IMG/VR virus record: IMGVR_UViG_3300050159_000058
Coordinates: 1 to 37,016 of that record
Strand: one strand, 5' to 3'
Source of the DNA: a virus
Lineage: Duplodnaviria; Caudoviricetes
DNA: 37,016 nt
The notes under the pieces are model-generated. The model was not told the origin of the DNA. It saw only the letters and a program-made list of their open reading frames with translations, and did not search any database. Positions 9,501 to 18,400 of this stretch are shown here, piece after piece. Every line of letters begins with the position of its first letter. Within the stretch, counting starts at the first letter, position 1. Position numbers and translations under genes: made by a program.

Positions 9501-11104
9501 TCGCCGCGCTGCAGGCCGATCGCCCGGGCCCGGGTGATGGCGTCGTCGGCCGACAGCTTGCCCATGGAGACCTGCAGCGGCTTGTCGGTGCGGCCCTGCT
9601 TGAGTGCCACCACTAGGGCGGCGTTGGCTTCCATCTCGCCAGCCGTCCGGCCAAGCACGCGCTGGGCATCGGCCACGGCGTGGCGCCTGCGGGCGTTCAA
9701 CTCCTGGCCGGCGCGCAACTCGACGCCGTCGGCGGCTTCGCCCACCTCGATGGCCTTGGCGGCATCCATCAGGTCGCGGGCGTCCGTCATGGCCTGCTGG
9801 CTGGCTTCCATGTAGTGGTGCAGGTGGAACTCCTGCATACCGTCGGCGATCCGGTCGGCGTCATCCGGCAGGTCGGTGTGGATGCGGCGCGCCAGCACCT
9901 GGGCGGCTCCGGCGATGCCAAGCACGTCAACCACGCTGCGGTCGACCAGCGCGCGGCCACCGGTCGCCAGCGCCAGGCTGTTGATCGAGTTGAAGGCGCC
10001 CGTGGTCAGGTGCTTGCCCAGCGTCTCCTCGCTGCCTGCTGCCATCTTCCCGAATTCCTCAAGGAAGGCGTGCGTGCGGATCGTCCGCAGGTCGTTGGTG
10101 ACGTCGGCGGCGATCTTCTCGTCCTCGTCGGGGCTGGCCTCGTACTCCAGCACGTAGGCCTTCGGCTCGACGGCCGACTTGTCGATTTCGCCGCGGGCAG
10201 CCTGGGCCTTCTTCTGCAGCGCCAGCAGCTTCTTGCGCGCCTTCAGCATCTCCACGGCCTGACGGGCGTCGACCAGATCGGGCTTGATCGACGGCGCGTC
10301 GGGTTCGCGGATGGACTTCAACTCGTCGCGCACCAGCTTGGCGGTCTCGCCGCGGCGCACGGCCTTGGCGCGCTCGTCGGCGGTCATGGGCTTGGCGGCG
10401 GCGGCCTCGGCGCGGCGTTCGTCAGCCGTCAGGCCGGCGGCCTCGGCCCGCTTGCCGAATTCGTGGCTGACAGACAGACCGCCGTTCTGGGCCGGAACCG
10501 GCGCGATGTCGTCGACGGACAGCGCGGCCGGATCTTCGGTTGTCACCGGCAACTCGCCCAGGCCGGAGGCTGAGCGCAGGTCGGCATCCGCCACCAGGCG
10601 CTGGCGCTGCATCTCCACGGCCTGATTGGCGCGCTGCAGGATGGTGCGATGGTGGCGGTCGGCGGCTTTCCTTGCCGCGGCGTCCGACACGCCCTCGGGT
10701 GGCGTGAACTGCAACTCGTCGGGCTTCCAGCCCATGGCCTGGCCGACGGTGTGCACGAACTCCTGCTCGGCCGCCATGCGCTGCTTGCGCACGGCATCGT
10801 GGGCGGCCTTCTTGGACTCCAGCAGGCCGGCGGCCTTGTCGCGCTTGCGCTGCTCAACGGCGGCTTGCTTCTTCTCCAGCCGGGCCTTCTCGGCGTCGGC
10901 CTTGTAGTCGGACTCGGAACGGACGGCGCGGATGCGAAGGTGGTTGAGCGCGCCGCCGGCGCCACCAATGACCTTGGCCGACCCATCGGCCTGCGGCTCG
11001 ATCAGCACTGGTTGACCCTTCTCGCCGGGCCCATTGGGATGCACCGTGATCCAGCGCGCCCCGGCTGGGATGGATGCCTTCAGGAACAGGACAGGTCGGC
11101 TCAT
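6590..11104 (-). CDS. Large protein with C-terminal SNF2/SF2 helicase (putative internal head protein)
   Basis: GAGSGKT (motif I), DEGH (II), MTADP (III), QRNARIHRIGQ (VI); N-terminal VLFLKA and WITVHPNG motif. Confidence 0.85.
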   Translation of the reverse strand: MSRPVLFLKASIPAGARWITVHPNGPGEKGQPVLIEPQADGSAKVIGGAGGALNHLRIRAVRSESDYKADAEKARLEKKQAAVEQRKRDKAAGLLESKKAAHDAVRKQRMAAEQEFVHTVGQAMGWKPDELQFTPPEGVSDAAARKAADRHHRTILQRANQAVEMQRQRLVADADLRSASGLGELPVTTEDPAALSVDDIAPVPAQNGGLSVSHEFGKRAEAAGLTADERRAEAAAAKPMTADERAKAVRRGETAKLVRDELKSIREPDAPSIKPDLVDARQAVEMLKARKKLLALQKKAQAARGEIDKSAVEPKAYVLEYEASPDEDEKIAADVTNDLRTIRTHAFLEEFGKMAAGSEETLGKHLTTGAFNSINSLALATGGRALVDRSVVDVLGIAGAAQVLARRIHTDLPDDADRIADGMQEFHLHHYMEASQQAMTDARDLMDAAKAIEVGEAADGVELRAGQELNARRRHAVADAQRVLGRTAGEMEANAALVVALKQGRTDKPLQVSMGKLSADDAITRARAIGLQRGDYTVDAAGGNTFLNITPAGMDQLAKPIDRADVEQVRRNLDIAAGRQDEDGWLPDGVARRPDLLLDTKPGTAPSLARPFEPGSDLQKSLRDYIGGRAADGDTPADILADIQSADFFQKAGSGYQQALEAVAPLRADGRQRRAEDLGDTFDGYADDFVGREYGGDRSPLNRQALAIDDTTTESLHRALAEHPDGVAAYKQIGELTPQDQRTLRETFYRDIAHESQDAAALRHELETHGQQEPEAEVEDMFGERMANPDHAEWRQRRDELAAKVGAASLDWAKYADTMRGHEKAYEAVQDLIKSRVAKSFSDAHNKLRPGQPVKLGRAVIRQNLNHLDATDPAARAERQARERELIDGLRERQSGRYAAGSVADKLDASREEREAFEQAQMGFFSSEDAPAAAAGEEKPLAGDERHTLGHVAERQIAAIMGQVGANFKPREGFSLGEPTMSGGDAFARQRAIKLIAANKRMGLHLGAGSGKTLVSMAAFTHLHAKGQVKRGLFMVPSIVQGQFGGEALKYLQPGKYRWHCEPGASREERIKGYRDPANHFCVVTHQAFRDDLIHMAAAADGVSENQVRDRLASMTRAERKAWGKTVMDREGINFDFSAVDEGHNLLDRAGKTDSGMSLAVGAVTDNTPYHVSMTADPVRNDDASEVFSALQKIDPDRYTDRAEFMRRYGIDAVAARDGLQREMARYFYAHTIAPPVRADRKTVTAKLSDGQNKALAGLDKDMASMRLARMSGRVDVEAARRVNPGAFDGVPSNQHQAVAKNLQGALGILRESAMNRVINAHPESGKTEALVEQIKARSGKPGMVFAHSVDAVKTIEARLKREGLRVVTITGADSTAEKDRKRKLFRPEDGSEPGADILVASDAASTGLNAQRGQWLMQYDTPMCAMTHAQRNARIHRIGQKNDVELVDIVADHPFERRARDRLAKKYAMRDVMTSSAERLDDTGLAHYLRQRDVADKEQQGLL

Positions 11105-11110
11105 GTTGCC

Positions 11111-11126
11111 AGTGTCGGTTCACGAC
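11111..11126 (-). promoter_or_regulatory. Late-promoter motif, 6 nt before ATG
   Basis: GTCGTGA-acc-GACACT-ggcaac-ATG. Confidence 0.8.
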
Positions 11127-11149
11127 GACCCCCAAGCCAGCCGCGACGC

Positions 11150-11460
11150 CTGAAACGCTCTGCGACAGCTGAAACAGTGCCTGTTTCAGTTTTGTCGCAG
11201 ACTAAGTTATTGATTCATAAGGTAAATCACAGTATCTGCAACAAGAAACAGTAATTTCTATAGATATATACACACATACGAGCGCACAGGCGGGCGCATG
11301 CACGCACACGCGCACACGCACGCACACACACAAGGGGTTGTCTCACCGCGAAATCATGTTACTTTGTCGCAAACGTCAGTTTCTTCAATGCTGACGCGGA
11401 CTTACGGTGAAACAGTGCCTGTTTCAGTTCTGAAACAGCGGACCGTTTTGTCGCAGACTG
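11150..11460. other. Non-coding repeat/palindrome element, putative replication origin or other cis site
   Basis: 22-bp direct repeat TGAAACAGTGCCTGTTTCAGTT (11170, 11408), TTTTGTCGCAGACT twice, AT-rich core, alternating purine-pyrimidine tract. Confidence 0.55.
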
Positions 11461-11465
11461 GCATG

Positions 11466-11489
11466 AAAAAGCCCGCATCAGCGGGGCTT
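11466..11489 (-). terminator. Intrinsic terminator
   Basis: Bulged GC stem plus TTTTT on minus strand after the NlpC/P60-like gene. Confidence 0.7.
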
Positions 11490-11521
11490 GGCGCAGGCTT
11501 GGCGCGGGCCGGTAGGCGCCG

Positions 11522-11983
11522 TCACTCCACCGGAACGAACGACAGCAGGTCGCGGCCGGTGATCAACTCGCGGCCATCCGGAACGTCAACACCCATCGCC
11601 AGCAGCCAGCCGGCGGCAAGGTCGAAGCAGTCGAACGCACCATCGGTGTGCATTTCTGGCCGGTTCAGGATGAACCCCCAGAGCTTGCGGCGGTCGTATG
11701 GCTTGCCCTCCTGCTGGGTCAGCCAGGCGTCGCCGGCGGCCGGGTTGGGGGCCTCAAAGTCGACGAACGCATGATCGGGGAAGCCCGACAGGAAACTAGC
11801 CAGCGACCGTGTGGTCACGGCGTCGCGCTGCAGCAGGGCGTCGGTGATGCGGCCATCCAGGCGCAGGCAGGCGACGTGAGACCACGGTGCCAGGCCTTTG
11901 GCGAGGCCGTCGTGGCAGGACTGCACGACGCGATTGGTCAGGCTGCCGATGTTCGGCGCGCGGGTAAAGATCAGGCGGGGCAT
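11522..11983 (-). CDS. Permuted papain-like NlpC/P60 (YiiX/YaeF-like) enzyme
   Basis: WSHVA His motif precedes GKPYD...FDCFDL Cys motif; SD AAGGAG. Confidence 0.75.
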   Translation of the reverse strand: MPRLIFTRAPNIGSLTNRVVQSCHDGLAKGLAPWSHVACLRLDGRITDALLQRDAVTTRSLASFLSGFPDHAFVDFEAPNPAAGDAWLTQQEGKPYDRRKLWGFILNRPEMHTDGAFDCFDLAAGWLLAMGVDVPDGRELITGRDLLSFVPVE

Positions 11984-12043
11984 GGGCGGCTCCTTGGTGG
12001 CGGAGCGCCCAGTCTGGTGTCACAGCCGCCTGGCGGGCCGGCT

Positions 12044-12436
12044 TTACAGTCCGCCGGCGTCGGCGTCGGCCAGCACCCACTCGTCGCCGTTGTCATCCAC
12101 GAACTGGTTGCTGCCCATGCCGTAGGCCTGGTGACTGCGGTAGAACTCGACGGCTGCCGCCAGCGCCTCGGCGATCGACGTATGGCTCGGCATGCGCGCC
12201 GCGGCGTCGCGGTCGATGGCCTGGCCCAGCAGGAACATGTTGTCCTGGCTGTAGCTCTGCTTCAGCAGGTGCTTGATCAGCGGCCAGTAGGGGCCGAACG
12301 ACCGGTAGCGGCTCGGGTCGGCTTGCAGTAGGGCAAGGATGCTGGCGGCCAGTGCGCCGGCGTTCAGCGGGACCGCAGGGGTGTCGTCGTCGCCTACGTC
12401 ATCGGTAGGCAAGGGCGTGGTGTCGCGGGCGTTCAT
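12044..12436 (-). CDS. Hypothetical protein coupled to the DarB-like gene
   Basis: ATGA overlap with 12433..19743, preceded by AAGGAGG. Confidence 0.75.
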   Translation of the reverse strand: MNARDTTPLPTDDVGDDDTPAVPLNAGALAASILALLQADPSRYRSFGPYWPLIKHLLKQSYSQDNMFLLGQAIDRDAAARMPSHTSIAEALAAAVEFYRSHQAYGMGSNQFVDDNGDEWVLADADAGGL

Positions 12437-15400
12437 GCGGCCTCCTTGGCGGCCTGGGCCGCAATCTGGTTCTCGTGCTGGGTGATGCGCTCGCGCAGGG
12501 TGTCGCCGAGTTTCTTGCCGTTTTCGTTCACATGCGACCAGTTGGTGGCGCCGTAGTAGCCCCCACTCGGCCGGTGCACGTCACCCTTCAGCTTGTCGGC
12601 GAACCCGCCGTTCTGGGCGTGCCGGAGCGCCATCTGCAGCGCAGCCAGAGATGTCGTCAGGTCGCCGCCGGTTAGGGACTCCATGGACCGGTAGGCTTCC
12701 TCGTGGTCACGCCGCGGGCTCACGTCGGCTCCGCCGCGCGCCATGGCGACGGCCACGTCGCGGTGTCCACTGGCGGCTGCCATCTGCTCCAGCATGGTCT
12801 GGACGGTCTTGTCGTGGCTGCCGGCGTAGGCGTAGGCGTCGTGGCGCGCAGGCTGCCCGTATCCAGACATGGCAATATGGGTCGATGCCTTATCACCCAG
12901 CACGCCCAGGCGCTTGGCCTTGGCCCACAACAGCATCAGGACGCGGCGCGGGATCCTGGCGACGCCTTTCTCGGTGCCCGTCACGGAGCCCATCACCAGG
13001 GCGGCGTCGATGGCGTCGCCGATGTTCTTGGCGTGGCGAATCCGGTCCATCTGCTCGACGTTCAGGCGCGCCTGGGCTTCCTTCACCAGTGGGCTGGTGG
13101 CCCCATACCCGCCCGATCCAGACACGAAGTCGGCGATCCGCTTGCCGGGGTTCACGTGCTCATTTGGGTAGCCGGCGCCCTCATACTTGCGCGCCGGCGT
13201 GTAGGTTCCCGTGCCGTGGCGCTTGTTGCGTCCGACTGGTGCTGTGAACTTCGTGGCAATCTTCGATTCCCGCCGCGCGTCGATCCAGGCCTGAATCGCC
13301 TTTTCCCGGTTCGCATCGGTCGGCAGCATGTAGTCGTGGGTCTCAGCATACCTGCCTGCATGGTCGTAGCTGTTGACCATCTCCGGCTTGCCGGTGGCCC
13401 GGTTGATCATCGCCACGTCCCCATACGGCATCTTGAACTTGTACGCCTTGCTGCCTTCCTTGATCTGCCGCTGGATCAGGTCGTGGTTGGCCTCCAGCAC
13501 CGCGCTGGGCATCTTCGCGACCTGCTCCCAGTCCTTCAGGCTGTTGAGGTTCGCCGCGGCCTGCTCTTCGAACTGGTGGCTCACGTCGGCCGCTTCGGCG
13601 GCGTCGTCGACCCGGAAGGCCTTGGTGCCGGTCGCCAGTTTCGCCATGGGCACCGTGACGCCCTTGTGGCCGGTGGTGTCGGCGTAGCGCCGCATGCTCA
13701 CGGTCTGGTGCACCGGGTCGACGCCGGTGACAACCCACTTCGACGCCGGGCCCTCGGACTCCGTGACTTCGTAGCCCTGACCCTTGGTGACCACGTCACC
13801 GGTGCCCGGGTGGATCAGCACCTCGTCGTTCGAGTCGAGCACGTCCTTCGCGTGAAAATACTTGTTGTGCTGCAGGCCGATCTTTGCGGCGTCGATCTGG
13901 GCCCGCAGGCGCGCGCCGGCCTTGGTGTCGCGGTTCTTGAGCCCGGCGAAACTGCGCTTGAGCGACTGGAAGCGGACGAACTCGCCGGCCGCTTTGGTGG
14001 TCCGGTCGGCCGTCAGGCGCTGCATGGCGGCGTCTTTGTCGGCGGCCATTTTGGCGCGCTCGGCTTCGGGGTCCGCCGACATCATCACCATCATGTCCTC
14101 GCGCGAGAACACACCCTCGCGCGCCAGGTTGTCGACGCGGTCGCCGCCGTTCCACAGAGACTCCGACCAATCGCGCTTGGCGCGCATCGACTGGTAGCGG
14201 TAGCCGTCGAAGCTGCCGCGCGCCAGGTAGGTGTGGATCTTGATGGCCTCGTTCACGTTGCCCTGGCGCACACCACGACCGTTGCGCTGCTGAAGCGTGG
14301 CGGGATCCCATGGCGTGTCGAGGTGGTGGATGTCGGTGGTGCGCTTCTGCAAGTTGACGCCCTCCTCCATCACCTTGTTGCCGATGACCACGTCCAGGCG
14401 TCCGTCGTTGAACCGGTCGCTGATATTCTGGCGCTGCGCGCTGCTACTAGCCTCGGTGGCGTTCAGGATGGCGATGCGCTCGCGCGGGATGCCGGCAGCC
14501 ACCAGGGCGTCGGCGATCTTTGCGTGGCTGGCCACGCTCTCACAGAACACCACCTGGCCGCCGTTCTTGGCGCCAGCCACGATGTGCTTGGCGGCTTCCT
14601 GATACTTCGGGCTGTTCCGCCCCTGTCCGGCGTGCTTCTCGGCGTCCAGCAACTCCAAGTCCATGGCGGCTTTCGCCATCTTGTCCATGATGCTGAACAC
14701 GTGGGCGTCGCCGGTGCTGTCCTTCTTGCCGGCCTCGGCCAGTTGGGCGCGGAGATCGCCGTAGACCGATGACTGCTCGGGCGTCATGTTCACGAGGTGC
14801 ATTTCCTGATGGGCTTCCGGCAGCTTCAGGCCGACATCGCTGGCCTTGCGGCGCATGATGTATTTGCCCATGATTTCGCGGAGCTCATCGAGGTTCTTGA
14901 AGCCCTCCGTCACCAGGGCCTCTGAAATCTCGCCGTTCGTGCCCAGCACGTTCTCGGTCTTGAACACGCAGTAGCGGTCGAGGAATTCCTCCGAGTTGCG
15001 GATGCCGATGCGCTCGAATGCCTCCGGCGCGATGTAGGACAGCATTGAATAGACCTCGAGCGGGCTGTTCTTGGTCGGCGTGGCCGTCAGGCCGTAGACG
15101 CCGGCGCCGCCGTGCTGCTCGCGCAGCCACTTGGCCTTAAAACTCAGGTCGAAGGCGCGATTGGACTGCCCTTGTCCGCCCAGGAACTTCGGCGACTCGC
15201 CGAACCGGGCCCGGGCGGCGTAGAGGTTTTTGTACGAGTTGTGGACTAGAACGCCGCCGACGATGTAGGTGTGCGTGCGCTCGACTTCGATGTTGTAGAC
15301 AAAACCGTCCGGACACAACCCGCCAAATCGGCCATCACCTGTTGGTTGGAAAACCTCAACGTCGACCACCCGAGCGAACTCAAAAGCCCCTCCTTCTTCC

Positions 15401-18400
15401 GGTCCTGGGCCTGCCGGATAAGCGAGTTGTGCGATGCGCCGTCCACTTCGACGGTCAGCATCAGCGCTCGGCACGCTATGTCCAACTTGTAGTGCCACGG
15501 GTAGCCCGACCCGCCCGGCATCCCCGTGTTCTGGATGAACTCCCCCACCCAGTCCGGCCGCACGCACTGCAGCGCATCCAACAGCCTGCGCTGCGGCTCC
15601 GGCATGGGCCGCCCGTTGCCGCCCTGCACGGGAGGCCTCCAGCCCGCCGCGCGCTTGGTTGCCGAGACTCGCGCACGAAGCGCCGGGTCGGACATCGGGT
15701 TCCATCCGTCGGCACGCATCGCTGCCAGGCGCGCCACAAAGGCAGGTGTGTTCTTGATCGATGCCGCCGTGATCGTCTTGCGCACCTTCGGGTTTGTCCA
15801 GGTGAACGCCATCACGCACGACTTCGTGCAATAGAACACCGTCTCCCCGCGCGTCCGCCGTTTCCAATCCTGCACCTTGTTCAATTCGAATATCTTGCCG
15901 CAGTGCCGACAGGCCGCCGGAGGCCTCGGACAGAGCGCCACTTCCCGCAGATTCATGACCACTCACCGGTTCTTGTTTCAGTGAGTAGATCGTGTCGTCA
16001 CAACGAAGATCCTCAGCGAAAACGTAGCCGTCAGGAGTGAAAAATGGGTGCTTCCCAGTGCACACGATTTCCACGCCGGTGCTCACCTTCACCTTGAACA
16101 GTGACCGGGGCGTGCGTACTTGGAGGTTCAGCACCATGGAGTGAACAAGACCGCCCGTCGCGTGATCAAAGCTGCGAACCTTGTCACCAGCCCGGTAGGC
16201 CTCAATCGGTTTCCCATCGACCAGCGTCCCGGCAGGGAAGCAATGCGCCTCATCGACCAACATGGCATCGATGCCGAGATCGTTGAAGTAAATCGCGTCG
16301 GTGTGCTTGCGGAACTCACGGTCAGCGACGGCCTGCTTGTAACCCTCGCGCACCTTCTTCACCTGCTTGTCGCCGGCGTTGCCCAACTTGTCGCCGCGCT
16401 GGACCCAGAAGTCTTGATCCAGGTACTCACCTTTGGTGATCGGGTCGACATCGAGCTCGTTGAACGACGGCTGGCTGATGAACACGAAATCGTAGTCGTT
16501 CTGGGTCAGGTCGTGGTACTTGCGGTTGCGCTCGACCGGCGTGTCGGGCCGCGACTTCAGGTTGCCGGCCTTGTCCCGGCTGTACGTCTCGCCGATGACC
16601 AGAATGTGCGAGCCAGGGAAAAACTTTTCAGCCTCCGCAACCCAGTTGGCCAGCACCGACTTCGGCACAACGAACGTCGGCTTCTTCGCGCGGCCGGTCA
16701 TCTTGAGCAGCCTGGCGAGCATCAATCCTCTCGGGGTCTTACCTAGTCCGACATCGTCCGCAATGATGCCGGCCCCTCGCGCCATCGCCCACCGCAGACT
16801 TGACCAGTGGTAGGCATTCAGCTTCACGTCTGGGTTCAGGCCAGGAATTTCAATCGGCGCATCCGACCACTTCGGCTCGACGAAGCCCCGGAACTTCCGG
16901 TTGTAGAGTTCCTCGACCTCGTCGCGGTAGTCCGACGACAGCAGCCAGGCGCGGAACTCCTCGTTCATGCGGTCGACCTGCGGCATGTCGTCCTTCTTGA
17001 CGCCGGTCCGGTTCAGGTACTTCTCCAGCAGGCTGTTGTCGTTCCACATGCCGCCGGTCACTTTGTAGAGTCCGCCGTCGAACTTGACGGCGCCATCCTT
17101 CATGTCGCGCGCCCAACTGCTGTCGGGGTTCTTGGCGCGGAAGTCGGTCACGCGACTGGTAAGCCACGCCGCCAGCACATCGGTGGGCAGGAACGCCGAA
17201 TTCAACATCACCTCGACGTCGTCCAGCGACTTCGCGCCGATCGCCTCGTCCAGCCTGGTGACCTGCATCGCCAGCTTGGCGGCCAGCGCCACGTAGTCGG
17301 CATCGGTGTCGCTCCCGCGCCGCGCCACGCCCTTCGCCGACACGTCGGCAGCCGCCCGGGCCGCGTCCAGCTTCGGCCACAGGTCGCCCGTCAGGTACTG
17401 GTCCATGGTCGCCCAACGGCCGCCGGCGGTGAACGCATAGGCTGAGTTCGCCAGCAGAGCGTCCTCGACCTCATCCAGCGGCTTGCCGCTGCGCTCGGCC
17501 AACTCGGCGGCCGTGAATGTGCCGTCTTCGTGCTCGGCGGCCAGCGTGGCAGCTGCGGTCTCCAGCGACGACGTCACTGCGCGCGCCTGGCGGCCGGTGA
17601 CGACGTCCGACATGCGGCCGGTGTGATCGACGGCGCCGATCAGGCGGTGCAGCACGCGATCGTGGTCGGCGGCGTCCGTCAGGTGCTTGGACTTCGCCGG
17701 GATGCCGTGCCGAGCGATGTAGGCCTGCACCGCTTCGGTCAGGGCTGCGTGGTCGACCTCCTCGCCGGCCATGGCGCGCTCGATCATGTCGGCGACCGGC
17801 TTGGCGTCGGTCACTGAGTCGTGGGCCAGAACCTCGTCGACGCTGTGCCAGCGCAGGGGCTTGCCCTGCAGCACGTAGGTGACGCCATCGACCACCTTGG
17901 TATCGCCGGCCTTGCCGTCTGCGTAGGGCCGCACCATGGCGCCGCCCAGGGCCCGCTTCGTCGCCTTGTCGTCGCCGGCCAAAGCCTCCAGCACGTCATG
18001 CACGGTCGGCGTGGTGCCCACCGGGTGCGGCTCGAACTGCCCGATGGCACCAGCCACGCCGGACATGCTGCCGGTGACCGTGTAGACCTCGCCGAACGAC
18101 CGCATGGCCGTGCCGACGGTGCCCAGCAGGTTCGCGGCGCCGCGGCCTTCGAAGTACGTGCCGGCAAGAAACTCGTCATCCCACACACCCAAGGTCTTGA
18201 GCGTCGCCTTCGGGACCGTCATCAGGGCGCCGGCCACGTCGTCGGGCCGCTTGCGCAGCCACAGCACGTCGGCGGTCACGTCGGTGTGGCTGGCCTCGAA
18301 TGCGCTGTTCGGCATGCGTTGGGCCCCCAGGAATTCAGCCTTGCGCAAGATCCGCTCGCGGAAGGCGCGGCCGTTCTTGTTGTTCAGCACGCTGGCGGGA

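Noticed and set aside
11161-11201. Protelomerase (telRL) site
   Set aside because: Palindrome is interrupted and asymmetric, and no protelomerase gene is visible; cannot be supported
7217-14772. Long plus-strand ORFs (7217..9145, 12703..14772, and likewise 18604..20082, 29044..30054 and minus 33540..34853)
   Set aside because: Antisense shadows of high-GC genes; no motifs or start signals
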